A stretch of 64,000 nt of DNA. Source: an uncultured Planctomycetaceae bacterium. GTDB lineage: Bacteria; Planctomycetota; Planctomycetia; Planctomycetales; Planctomycetaceae. Where the stretch lies: NCBI GenBank assembly GCA_903858815.1, contig CAIOKE010000157.1, positions 21,682 to 85,681 of the forward strand, in the 5' to 3' direction. Under the pieces are notes generated by a model that was not told the DNA's origin, searched no databases, and saw only the letters and a list, made by a program, of their open reading frames with translations. Both the position numbers and the translations under genes were made by a program. Below, in pieces: positions 38,486 to 48,273 of this stretch; position 1 is the stretch's first letter; the number at the start of each line of letters is the position of its first letter.

Positions 38486-38847
38486 AAGCTGCACAGCTTC
38501 CGAAAAATCAGGCGCACATTAAGACAGATCTACAGACGTTCACCGCGGCTGACCGCGAGCCTGCGACTGTAGCCGGAGAACCGCTGCCGCTGCAAGCCGG
38601 CCCACCAAACCAGCCCACGGCCGCAAAAAAGACGTCCAAACCCCGACAAACAGCGGCTGTTACCTGCTGCTATTCGGCACAACAGCCCCCCAACAGATCC
38701 CCACCCCACCACCTCCATAACCACCGGAAAACTGCCCCTGTTGACATCCGGACCCCGCCACCGTAGGCTGTTCACAGCGATTGCCCTCCCGCCGGACCGC
38801 CTTTTTTCAGGCCTCGTCGCGGGCCTGCATTTCCAGGAGTCACTCAC

Positions 38848-41340
38848 TTGTTGTCCTCGCGCTGGATCTGGCTGCTGGCAGCCTGCCTGTTTCCAACAGT
38901 CTCGGCGGCCGATGAACAGCAGAAATCCCCGGATTCGGCTCTGCTTTTTCGCACCCGAATCGCACCGCTGCTGCAGCAGTCCTGCCTCAAATGTCACTCC
39001 GGCGACAAAACGGAAGGTGGCCTCAACCTCGCAACTCGTGATGGACTGCTGAAAGGTGGCGAGTCCGGACCTGCCGTGGACCTCGACAACCCGCAGGCCA
39101 GCCTGCTGCTGCAGGCCGTCCGCTACGAGGGCCCGCAGATGCCGCCCACCGGCCGACTCGCTGCCTCCCGGATACAGGACATCGAAACATGGGTACAGTC
39201 CGGGCTGCCATGGCCGGCCGATCTTCAGCAGCTGCAGTCCGGACCCCTTCGCCGGGCTCCCGAAGTCAACGAAGAAACGAAAAAGCACTGGTCCTTCCAG
39301 CCCATCAGAAAGCCCCCAGTCCCGGCTGCAGCCTCGTGGGGTCGAAATGAGATCGACGCTTTTATTGCTGCCGGCCTGCAGGCTCGCGGGCTGACAGCCA
39401 ATCCCCCCGCTGACCCACGACATCTTGTGCGGCGTGCCGTTTATAACCTCACCGGCCTGCCCCCGACTCCCGCACAGATCCAACACTATCTCGCCAGCCC
39501 AACTCCGGAAAACTGGGCCACCCTCGTCGAACAGCTCCTGCAGTCCCCCCATTACGGCGAACACTGGGCACGCCACTGGCTGGATCTGGTCCGCTATGCA
39601 GAAACCAACAGTTATGAACGCGACGGCGCAAAGCCCTTTGCCTGGCGCTACCGCGACTACATCATCGACGCCTTCAATCGTGATCTGCCCTACGACAGAT
39701 TTCTCACCGAACAGCTGGCCGGAGATGAACTGCCACAACCCACCCCGGATTCCATGATTGCCACCGGCTACTACCGACTGGGTCGCTGGGATGACGAACC
39801 GGCTGATCCCGAGCTGGCCTTCTTCGATGACATCGACGATATCATCACCACAACCGGACAGACGATGCTGGGACTGTCCATCAACTGTGCTCGCTGCCAT
39901 GATCACAAGATCGATCCGCTGCCACAGCGCGACTATTATCGTCTGCTGGCCTTCTTCCGTGGCGTACGCCGCTACGGCGTACGCTCCGAACAGTCCGTTC
40001 AGGATGCTTCCCTCATCCAGATCGATCGCCCGGAAGACAGCAGTGTGCATGCCGCAGCCGTGCTGCGTTACGAAAACGACCTCAAAACGGTTGATCGCGA
40101 TCTGCAGAAGATTGAAAACAAGGTGACAGCAGATTTCAGTGGGGTGGAACGTGACGACTTTCAGTACCAGATGAATCGCGTTGCAATTGTGGAAAAACGC
40201 CGTGGTACTCTGCTGACGGACGATGAAGTGCAGCGTTACACGCGGCTGACAGATCGCCGTAAACAACTGGCAGAAAATCGCCCCACGGGTATTGCTCAGG
40301 CACTCTGCGTCAAAGAAACAGCCGGCGAACTGCCACCTGTCTTTGTCCTGCAGCGCGGTAATCCGGCCGCACCCGCTGAACAGGTCCAGCCCGGCTTCCC
40401 GGCCGTTCTTTCGCCACCAGAACCCCGGCTCGAAGCGTCACACAATCCCGCCACCAGCGGTCGTCGACTGGCACTTGCGAAATGGATCACCAGTCCGGAA
40501 AACCCGCTGACTGCCCGAGTAATGGTGAACCGCATCTGGCAGTATCACTTCGGTCGAGGTCTCGTTCGGACGTCCAGCGACTTCGGGTTCCAGGGACAGG
40601 CACCAACGCACCCGGAACTGCTGGACTGGCTGGCTGCGGAATTCATCGACCGTGGCTGGTCTGTTCGCGAAATGCACCGCCTGATCATGAACTCAGCCGT
40701 CTATCAACTCAGCTCCGCCGGTAATCCGCAGGCACTGGATCAGGACCCGCTGAATGATGCCTTCTGGCGAGTTGACATGCGGCGGTTGTCGGCCGAGGAA
40801 ATCCGGGATTCCGTGCTGGCTGCCAGTGGTGCACTCAACCTGCAGAAAATGTTTGGCCCGTCGGTCTACAGTGCGATTCCCGATGAAGTCAAGGCCGGGC
40901 AGTCCCGACCAGGCTCCGGTTGGGGCCAGAGCTCACCGGAAGACGAATTCCGCCGCAGCATTTACATTCATGTCAAACGGTCACTTAAGGACCCGCTGCT
41001 GGAAAACTTCGATGCCGCTGATACGGATCAGACCTGTCCGGTCCGTTTCGTCACCACGCAGCCCAGTCAGGCACTGGGACTTTTGAACAGTGCCTTCAGT
41101 CAGCAGCAGGCCGCACGATTTGCCGAACGCCTCGAACAGCTGCAGCTGCAGACCGATGCTCAGTGGCTGCAGGCCGCCGTGGAATACCTGCTGCAGCGAA
41201 CCCCCAGCGCGGCTGAAACCACACTGCTCTCCGAACTGCTGCAGCGCCTGCAGACCGAAGATGGTCTGCAGCCCGCACAGGCACGGCGGGCTGTCTGCCT
41301 GACCCTTCTGAATCTCAACGAATTCCTGTATCTCGACTGA
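38848..41340 (+). CDS. PSCyt1/DUF1549/DUF1553 (PSD1) domain protein, secreted
   Basis: Signal peptide MLSSRWIWLLAACLFPTVSA. CLKCHSGDKTEGGLNL is the planctomycete cytochrome-c-like domain. It also has RRAVYNLTGLPPTP (DUF1549) and NCARCHDHKIDPL plus MVNRIWQYHFGRGLV (DUF1553). AGGAG lies 8 nt upstream of the TTG start. Confidence 0.88.
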   Translation: MLSSRWIWLLAACLFPTVSAADEQQKSPDSALLFRTRIAPLLQQSCLKCHSGDKTEGGLNLATRDGLLKGGESGPAVDLDNPQASLLLQAVRYEGPQMPPTGRLAASRIQDIETWVQSGLPWPADLQQLQSGPLRRAPEVNEETKKHWSFQPIRKPPVPAAASWGRNEIDAFIAAGLQARGLTANPPADPRHLVRRAVYNLTGLPPTPAQIQHYLASPTPENWATLVEQLLQSPHYGEHWARHWLDLVRYAETNSYERDGAKPFAWRYRDYIIDAFNRDLPYDRFLTEQLAGDELPQPTPDSMIATGYYRLGRWDDEPADPELAFFDDIDDIITTTGQTMLGLSINCARCHDHKIDPLPQRDYYRLLAFFRGVRRYGVRSEQSVQDASLIQIDRPEDSSVHAAAVLRYENDLKTVDRDLQKIENKVTADFSGVERDDFQYQMNRVAIVEKRRGTLLTDDEVQRYTRLTDRRKQLAENRPTGIAQALCVKETAGELPPVFVLQRGNPAAPAEQVQPGFPAVLSPPEPRLEASHNPATSGRRLALAKWITSPENPLTARVMVNRIWQYHFGRGLVRTSSDFGFQGQAPTHPELLDWLAAEFIDRGWSVREMHRLIMNSAVYQLSSAGNPQALDQDPLNDAFWRVDMRRLSAEEIRDSVLAASGALNLQKMFGPSVYSAIPDEVKAGQSRPGSGWGQSSPEDEFRRSIYIHVKRSLKDPLLENFDAADTDQTCPVRFVTTQPSQALGLLNSAFSQQQAARFAERLEQLQLQTDAQWLQAAVEYLLQRTPSAAETTLLSELLQRLQTEDGLQPAQARRAVCLTLLNLNEFLYLD

Positions 41341-41354
41341 CGGCAGAACAGCTC

Positions 41355-44075
41355 ATGACTGATCCGGAAATTTCGCAGTTGCGTTCGGCCGAGCTGCTGA
41401 GAATGGAACAGGAAGAAGCCCGTGCGGATAACGCCAACTGGCGTCGCTGGGGGACCTACCTTTCTGAACGCCAGTGGGGTACCGTGCGCGAGGATTATTC
41501 GGAAGACGGGACACCATGGACCTATTTCACCCATGATGATGCCCGACGCCGCGCTTACCGCTGGGGCGAAGATGGATTGCTGGGGTTCTGCGACCGACAG
41601 TGTCGGTTGTGCTTCGCCGTGGCCCTCTGGAATACTCGCGACCCCATCCTCAAGGAACGACTGTTCGGACTCAATGGCCTTGAAGGAAATCACGGTGAAG
41701 ACGTCAAGGAAGAGTACTACTACCTCGATGCCACGCCCACGTATTCCTACGCCCGCGGACTCTACAAATACCCAGCCACAGAATACCCCTACGGCCGACT
41801 GGTACGCGAAAATCAGCACCGCAGTCGACAGCTGCCGGAACTGGAACTTGTCGATACCGGAGCCTTTGATCGCAATCGGTACTTCGACGTGCAGATCGAA
41901 TATGCCAAGGCAGAACCTGACGATATCCTGATCCGTATTCGGATCACCAATCACGGTCCCACTGTCGCCCCCATTCACGTACTGCCCACGCTCTGGTTTC
42001 GCAATACGTGGTCGTGGGGCTGTACTCACGAAGGCTGCTGGACCAAACCCCGGATCGCACTGGCTGCCGATGGACGACTTGATGCCCATCATCAGACCCT
42101 CGGACACTTCCGCTTCGCCGCAGATGTCGCACCCGATGGCCGCTCACCGCAGTGGCTGTTCACCGAAAATGAATCTCATGCCGACTATCTGCCGGCGGAT
42201 GCTTATGTCAGCCCCTTCACAAAGGATGCATTTCATCGCTGTGTCGTCGACGGCCACGCCGATGCCGTCAATCGCGATGGCTATGGAACCAAGGCAGCTG
42301 CACACTACCGACTGACACTCCGATCCGGTGAATCGGCAGTCCTGCAGCTGCGGCTCTGGTCAGCCGAACAGCAGCCAGCAGAAGTCTTCGGAACCACCTT
42401 CGCCCGCGTTCTCCAGCAACGCACTACCGAAGCCGATCATTTCTACGCAGCGCGCATCCCCACCGGAATCCCCGACCACCTGAAACCGGTCATGCGCCAG
42501 TGCTACGGTGGACTGCTCTGGACTCGACAGTACTACAACTTTGTCGTCGAAGACTGGCTCACCGGCGATCCGAATTTTCCGCCGGCACCTGAAGCTCGTC
42601 GCGAAATCCGGAACAATGACTGGCCGCATCTGTTCAATCGCGACATCATTTCCATGCCGGACAAGTGGGAGTATCCGTGGTACGCCGCCTGGGATCTTGC
42701 ATTCCACATGATCCCCATGGCCGAAGTCGACAGCCGCTTTGCTCGCGATCAGCTGCTGTTGTTTCTGCGCGAATGGTATATGCACCCGAATGGCCAGTTA
42801 CCCGCCTACGAATGGAACTTCAGTGATGTCAACCCGCCGGTACACGCATGGGCCTGCTGGCGCGTCTACAAGAATTCCGGACTGCCCGGCGGCCGCGACC
42901 GCGCCTTCCTCGCCCGCGCCTTTCAGAAACTGCTGCTGAATTTTACGTGGTGGGTCAACCGCAAGGACCTGCTCGGTAAGCACGTCTTCAGTGGAGGCTT
43001 TCTGGGACTCGATAACATCGGTGTCTTCGATCGCTCAAAACCACTGCCCACCGGAGGACATCTGCATCAGGCTGATGCCACCGCATGGATGGCCTTCTAC
43101 TGCGCACGAATGCTCACGATGGCACTCGAACTCTCCAGCGACAGCCCGGCCTACGCGGACATGGCCTCCAAATTCTTCGAACACTACATCGAAATCGCAG
43201 ATGCGATGAATTCGATGGGAGGTGTTGGGCTGTGGGATGAACAGGATGGCTTCTACTACGACCACCTCTACAACAACGGACAGCATATTCCCCTCCGCGT
43301 CCGCTCGATGGTGGGCATCATCCCGCTGTTCAGCTCCGTCATGATCAGCGATGTCGTGCTCGCCAAACTGCCGGGCTTCAGAAACCGTATGGAATGGTTC
43401 CTGAAATATCGAGCAGACAAATTCCGCAACATCACCTTCCTGCAGGTCACCAAGGAAGCGGACGAACTGCGCCCCGAACGCGCCCTGCGGCTGCTGGCCA
43501 TCCCCTCGCGCGAACGCATGCGCCGCATCCTCCAGTACGTCCTCGACGAAAATGAATTCCTCTCACCACACGGAATTCGCTCGCTCTCTCGCATCCATGA
43601 CAGCCAGCCCTTCACCTTCAATGCCAACGGACAGGAACACCGAGTCAACTACGTGCCCGGTGATTCCGACTCCTCCATGTTCGGCGGAAACAGCAACTGG
43701 CGCGGACCAGTCTGGTTCCCCCTCAACTATCTGCTCATCGAATCACTCGAACGCTACGACGAATTCTACGGCCCGGACTTCCGCGTGGAATGCCCCACGG
43801 GATCCGGTGTCTGGATGACGCTCGGTGAAGTGGCCGAAGAACTGATGCGCCGACAGATCAGCCTGTTCATGCCGGGACCGGACGGACATCGCCCCTGCTT
43901 CGGAGGTGATACTCGCTACCGCGACGATCCCACCTGGAATGAACTGTCTCTGTTTCACGAATACTTTGACGGAGAAAACGGACGTGGCCTCGGAGCCAGC
44001 CATCAGACCGGCTGGACTGCACTCGTCACTCGACTCATCAGAAAACTTCATCGCCGCGGAAAACTTCAGCGATAA
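41355..44075 (+). CDS. large glycoside hydrolase, GH63/MGH1-like glucosidase family (906 aa)
   Basis: NWRRWGTYLSERQWGTVREDYSEDG...AYRWGEDGLLGF... and WEYPWYAAWDLAFH...NPPVHAWA... resemble the (alpha/alpha)6 glucosidase family annotated as MGH1-like. Assigned from memory, not searched. Confidence 0.7.
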   Translation: MTDPEISQLRSAELLRMEQEEARADNANWRRWGTYLSERQWGTVREDYSEDGTPWTYFTHDDARRRAYRWGEDGLLGFCDRQCRLCFAVALWNTRDPILKERLFGLNGLEGNHGEDVKEEYYYLDATPTYSYARGLYKYPATEYPYGRLVRENQHRSRQLPELELVDTGAFDRNRYFDVQIEYAKAEPDDILIRIRITNHGPTVAPIHVLPTLWFRNTWSWGCTHEGCWTKPRIALAADGRLDAHHQTLGHFRFAADVAPDGRSPQWLFTENESHADYLPADAYVSPFTKDAFHRCVVDGHADAVNRDGYGTKAAAHYRLTLRSGESAVLQLRLWSAEQQPAEVFGTTFARVLQQRTTEADHFYAARIPTGIPDHLKPVMRQCYGGLLWTRQYYNFVVEDWLTGDPNFPPAPEARREIRNNDWPHLFNRDIISMPDKWEYPWYAAWDLAFHMIPMAEVDSRFARDQLLLFLREWYMHPNGQLPAYEWNFSDVNPPVHAWACWRVYKNSGLPGGRDRAFLARAFQKLLLNFTWWVNRKDLLGKHVFSGGFLGLDNIGVFDRSKPLPTGGHLHQADATAWMAFYCARMLTMALELSSDSPAYADMASKFFEHYIEIADAMNSMGGVGLWDEQDGFYYDHLYNNGQHIPLRVRSMVGIIPLFSSVMISDVVLAKLPGFRNRMEWFLKYRADKFRNITFLQVTKEADELRPERALRLLAIPSRERMRRILQYVLDENEFLSPHGIRSLSRIHDSQPFTFNANGQEHRVNYVPGDSDSSMFGGNSNWRGPVWFPLNYLLIESLERYDEFYGPDFRVECPTGSGVWMTLGEVAEELMRRQISLFMPGPDGHRPCFGGDTRYRDDPTWNELSLFHEYFDGENGRGLGASHQTGWTALVTRLIRKLHRRGKLQR

Positions 44076-44192
44076 TTCTTAACCCAGACGGTAGCAAATC
44101 CACACCAATCCGGCGAAAATCCAGACCGCCCACAGCTCTCGTGTCACGGACCTTTCCCCACCTTCCTCCCCCAACGACGGGATCATCCAGCC

Positions 44193-44804
44193 ATGTCTGA
44201 ACCTGAGCTGCCCCCGAACCAGTGGCCACCACTCGGACTGCCTACCGGCAGCGTCCGAGCACTGCTCACTCTGATGGTGGTCGGAGTTGTCATTCAGGCC
44301 GTCATCCGACAGCAACCACTCGATATCATCTGGACCGAAAGCCTGATGATCACACTCGCCTACTACTACACCTCGCGACGCTTCGTCTCACTCCCCCCGG
44401 AAATCATTCAGAGACTGCAGCAGGAAGGTGTCATTGAAACGGATCAGCACCCTCTCTTCCTGCCTCGACACAGCATCCGCTTTCTGCTGCTGGCAGCGTT
44501 TGCCGCGATGGGTTTCTGGCTGTTTCGCGAAAATCGACTGCAGGAACCCCGCGCTGTTTCCCTGCTGCTGATCGTCGCCTCCTTCATCGTCGGCTCGATC
44601 GTCCGCGGCATCAAAGGGCTGCTCTTCCGCCGCCCCGTTCAGACCACACTGCATGCCCGCTGGGGTGATCTGAAGGCCCTGCTGATACTCGGAACCGTCG
44701 GCACAGCCGTCTTCTTCAGGGTCGTCAGGGGCATTGACCCGCTGCCACCCGAATACGACCGCGCGGCTCTCGCACTGATGCTCTACTACTTCGGTTCACG
44801 CTGA
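44193..44804 (+). CDS. hypothetical integral membrane protein (about 5 TM helices)
   Basis: Alternating hydrophobic segments (ALLTLMVVGVVIQAVI, FLLLAAFAAMGFWLF, LLLIVASFIVGSIV, ALLILGTVGTAVFF). No motif recognised. Confidence 0.55.
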   Translation: MSEPELPPNQWPPLGLPTGSVRALLTLMVVGVVIQAVIRQQPLDIIWTESLMITLAYYYTSRRFVSLPPEIIQRLQQEGVIETDQHPLFLPRHSIRFLLLAAFAAMGFWLFRENRLQEPRAVSLLLIVASFIVGSIVRGIKGLLFRRPVQTTLHARWGDLKALLILGTVGTAVFFRVVRGIDPLPPEYDRAALALMLYYFGSR

Positions 44805-44827
44805 TCACTGCACACGCCTCAGCGTGA
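44796..44827. terminator. 9-bp inverted repeat (TCACGCTGA-14 nt-TCAGCGTGA) embracing both convergent stop codons
   Basis: Read directly from the sequence. It is a candidate bidirectional terminator with no U-tract. Confidence 0.35.
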
Positions 44828-46576
44828 CAGATCGTCCTGCGCTACCGCTGCTCGAAAATCCGCCAGCGAGTGAAAATACAACTGCAAAGCATCCACGTTC
44901 TTTTCCGCTGACTCCACAGCATACTGCTCACGCAGCGCCACCTTCAGCATGTCCGACAGACCCGCCTCCTCGTTCTGACGCTCACGCTCCGCCAGCTCCT
45001 CCGCCAGACGCAGCGCCTCACCCGTCTCCTGTACCTGCTCCTGAGCTGAAACAATGGCCGCATGCGCCATCTGCACATCCACCGTGATCTTGTCCGCTGT
45101 CAGACGCCGCTTGGCAGTCAACTGCGACATCTTCGCCTGCGTCTCCGTCATCTTCCCCCGCGCCTTGCGACGCTCCACAGGCACATCCAGCAGCAATGAG
45201 GCCTCTGCCTCCAGATCCGACTTGTCGCCCTTGCTGCTGGCCGCCGCACCCACATCCTGAGATCCCCACAACACCGCATTCAGCTCCGGCTGCAGCTGAT
45301 TGGACGCATTGCTGTAATCAATCTGCACCTGACGCCGCAGCAGATCCAGCAGCTTCAGCTCCGGACGCCTCGCCAGCGCCGATTCCACGCCCGCAGACAG
45401 CTCCTGCACCGGCTGGTCAGAAAGCCGCGGAAAACCAGGCAACTGAGCTTCCCCAGGCACCAGCGGACGACCCTCTCCATCCCGCAGATAAATCGAAAGC
45501 TTCGCCGCCGTCTGCTGCAGCTTGCGTCGAGTATCCGCGACCTTCGCCTGACGTATCGACACCATCCGCAGGTTGTCCGTCAGTTCCGGAGGATCCGTAA
45601 AACCAGCCTCCACCTGACTGCGAACCCGCGCCGTACGATCTTCTGCCAACGTCAGAATCCGAGTCGCGATCCTGTGATACTCACCCGCCGCAACCCAGTC
45701 CCACCACGCATACGATCCACTACGCACAAAATCAATCAGCTGCGCCTGAATGTCCGGCTCCGCCAGCTGCCGCTCCAAACCAGCCTTCCACAACTCCGCA
45801 CGCCGATCATCGATGCTGCGGTTTCGAGCCAGCGGAACCTGCACTCCCGCCTTGAACTCGCCACCATCATCCGTCACTCGCTCCTGATACCACGGCTGCA
45901 TCTCACCGCGACCTATCCGATATCCTCCAAACACCTCGCCACCCCAGTACGTTGGCTTCACCACACCCACACTCTGCCGATACGTTTCGTAAAAACCGAC
46001 CGGACCGTTCTCGCTGGCGCCCTTCAGCTTGGTATCAAAAGCACCCCACGCCCCCGTCTGCTGACCCGCTGCTATGTTGCGACTTAATAACGCTGACTGC
46101 AGCATCGGATACGATCGATAAACCGAATCAATCACCTGCTCCAGAGACAGCTGACGAACATCTGTCACCGGCTGAGCCGCAGGCGTCGCTGCCGGTACTG
46201 GCTGGTCACCATTCACTGTCGCTGGCACCGCACGAAGTTCCTGTTCCGCAGCCACACTCTCAGCCACAAACTCGGCCTGCTGCACCCCCGCAGTGACCGC
46301 AGACGCTTCATCAGAAGCCGCCACCTGCTCAACCGTCGGTAACAGAGAATCCTTCGATACGGATTCCGGCACTACAGGCTTGCGGACTCGCGAACGCGTC
46401 AGCAGATCGCTGATTCGGCCGCGATTCTTCTGAGCCGTAGGGATCTCCGGTGCGTAGACCGGAGCATCCGGCTCGACCGAATGACGCACAATCGCACGTC
46501 GTCCGCGACAGCCAGTGGCGACCACACACGTCAGCAGACACCACACAATCAGGATTTGACCACGATATGAACGCAT
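44819..46576 (-). CDS. TolC-family outer membrane efflux protein, probable lipoprotein
   Basis: MRSYRGQILIVWCLLTCVVATGC (lipobox), LSLEQVIDSVYRSYPMLQSALL..., and two-fold internal helical repeat architecture typical of OEP family members. No RND/MFP/ABC partner genes are adjacent. Confidence 0.7.
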   Translation of the reverse strand: MRSYRGQILIVWCLLTCVVATGCRGRRAIVRHSVEPDAPVYAPEIPTAQKNRGRISDLLTRSRVRKPVVPESVSKDSLLPTVEQVAASDEASAVTAGVQQAEFVAESVAAEQELRAVPATVNGDQPVPAATPAAQPVTDVRQLSLEQVIDSVYRSYPMLQSALLSRNIAAGQQTGAWGAFDTKLKGASENGPVGFYETYRQSVGVVKPTYWGGEVFGGYRIGRGEMQPWYQERVTDDGGEFKAGVQVPLARNRSIDDRRAELWKAGLERQLAEPDIQAQLIDFVRSGSYAWWDWVAAGEYHRIATRILTLAEDRTARVRSQVEAGFTDPPELTDNLRMVSIRQAKVADTRRKLQQTAAKLSIYLRDGEGRPLVPGEAQLPGFPRLSDQPVQELSAGVESALARRPELKLLDLLRRQVQIDYSNASNQLQPELNAVLWGSQDVGAAASSKGDKSDLEAEASLLLDVPVERRKARGKMTETQAKMSQLTAKRRLTADKITVDVQMAHAAIVSAQEQVQETGEALRLAEELAERERQNEEAGLSDMLKVALREQYAVESAEKNVDALQLYFHSLADFRAAVAQDDLSR

Positions 46577-47123
46577 GTTCGGTGAGCCGTTGCAGCGGAC
46601 GAAAAGGACAGCCTCCACTGAGCCTATCGGACAGAAATCCGCACAATCCAAAGAAACCACACCCCCGACATGACTTGTCGAATCGCCCTTTTCTGAACAG
46701 CACGCAGATTCCCTACAACCGCTACAGATTCCCTGTCCCAGAGAACTGAACCTTTATCCAGAAAATCCATCACCATCCGTAACTCTCGCCAGACCCCCTC
46801 AAAAACCCACCAAAGACCTCGCACGGCACCTCAGGTGCATGGCACCTGAAAACGTAAACTTATCGCAATAAGCAACTTGCGAAAACACGATCCCGTTTTG
46901 GGGCGGTGCGAAGGGGATGACCCGCAGCGACTGGCTATCCCCATCCCCGACTGACAAACTGCTGGGTTTTGACGGTTCTTTCGGTGTCTTCCTGCTTTCC
47001 TGACAGGAATAGGCTTGCCTATCGCGGGATTTGTTGGTGAAACTGGTCGATATCAGAGTAAATACGTCAGGCTGCGCCTTGGGGTGCTCACCCGTGCGGA
47101 TCGGTGATGGAAGGTATCTGGCT

Positions 47124-47930
47124 ATGTTGCGTTCGTGGCTCATGCGTTTGTTGACATGTGCGTCCCTCGCTGTGACCGGCTCCGCCGTGTCTGCACAGGG
47201 ATTGATTTTTCATCTGCCCGAAGACGGCTTCATGGTGGAGTACGAGGGCACTCTGACTCAGGCCACATCCGTCGACGACGAAGCACCGCTCACGTGGACC
47301 TGCGAACTGACAATCAAGTCGGTTGGGCGTGAGGACGCCGAGTTTGAAGGTCGGATGCAGCCCTGTCGCTGGGTTGAGATCAAAGTCCTGACAGGCAATG
47401 CCGGTGCCGCCGGGCTGGATCCAGGCCCCGTCGGCTCGCGGATTTACCGCGTACTGGTGCCGGAAAGCAGGATCAACGAGGATTGGAAGGACCAGGCTGG
47501 CATTCCCAACGACATGCTGCCGATCGTCAAGGGTTACCGTCGACTGGGGGAAGAGGGAGTGGAACCGATCAAAACCTCGTCCTTGCGGTATTTCCCCACA
47601 ATTTCTCTGCTGACCAGCTACCTCGACCCTGAAAAAGTGGCGGACAACGAAGTTCCGGACACGATTCTTCAGGGTGCGGGAATCACTGCTGTGCACTGGC
47701 GTGGCAAGGCTGTCATGGAAAGTCAGAAAACCCGTTCGACAAACGAGGGCGAGTATTGGGTGTCGAAAACGGTTCCTTTCGGACTTGCTCGCTGGGTTGT
47801 GACCGTCACCACCGAAGAAAAGGATCTCGCAGCCAACCGCAGTGACTTCAAGGTCGCCGTGGTCAAGAAGGTGGACATGAAGCTGCGACGCATCCGAGAA
47901 AACGCAGAAAGTGAGTTGGTGGTACAGTAA
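47124..47930 (+). CDS. hypothetical secreted protein (268 aa)
   Basis: The ATG at 47124 gives signal peptide [26 protein letters not shown]. The remainder looks beta-rich, with no motif recognised. Confidence 0.55.
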   Translation: MLRSWLMRLLTCASLAVTGSAVSAQGLIFHLPEDGFMVEYEGTLTQATSVDDEAPLTWTCELTIKSVGREDAEFEGRMQPCRWVEIKVLTGNAGAAGLDPGPVGSRIYRVLVPESRINEDWKDQAGIPNDMLPIVKGYRRLGEEGVEPIKTSSLRYFPTISLLTSYLDPEKVADNEVPDTILQGAGITAVHWRGKAVMESQKTRSTNEGEYWVSKTVPFGLARWVVTVTTEEKDLAANRSDFKVAVVKKVDMKLRRIRENAESELVVQ

Positions 47931-48140
47931 TTCGGCTGCGGGCAGGCCCCGGCAATTCCTCCCGCATCGCCCCGTTTTCCCGGCAGAAGCTTGTTTTTCG
48001 GTCGCTGACCGGTATCATTTGGGCCTGCATTTCCCAGCATTTTTGCAGCCTGATCTGGGTCTCCGCTGTCCCGCGGTGTCCTGTCAGTGGTTGCTGGATC
48101 GGGCACCGCAGCCCATCCCGGCCTCCGGGGCATCTGCAAA

Positions 48141-48198
48141 GTCGGTCATTGTGGCGTCGTCTGGCGTCATCTGTTGTCGCGTCGGTCATTGTGGCGTC
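48141..48198. repeat. 18-bp perfect direct repeat GTCGGTCATTGTGGCGTC (48141-48158 and 48181-48198) in the ffh leader
   Basis: Read directly from the sequence. The copies are 40 bp apart, consistent with about 1.45 copies of a 40-bp unit. Confidence 0.8.
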
Positions 48199-48273
48199 AG
48201 TCGTTCCCCGTTCAATTCTCTGCTCGGCCTGCCTGCTGCAGGCAGTTGCAGACTGGTCTGGATAACTGTTCCT

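Noticed and set aside
37289-38572. 427-aa ORF on the plus strand.
   Set aside because: It is antisense to the enolase-superfamily dehydratase gene. Its translation is Arg/His/Thr/Pro/Gln-rich low-complexity sequence with no motifs, so it is a shadow ORF.
38530-40266. 578-aa ORF on the minus strand.
   Set aside because: It is entirely antisense to the well-supported PSCyt/DUF1549/DUF1553 gene. Its translation is Gly/Arg/Val-rich with no motifs. This is a typical shadow ORF of high-GC coding DNA.
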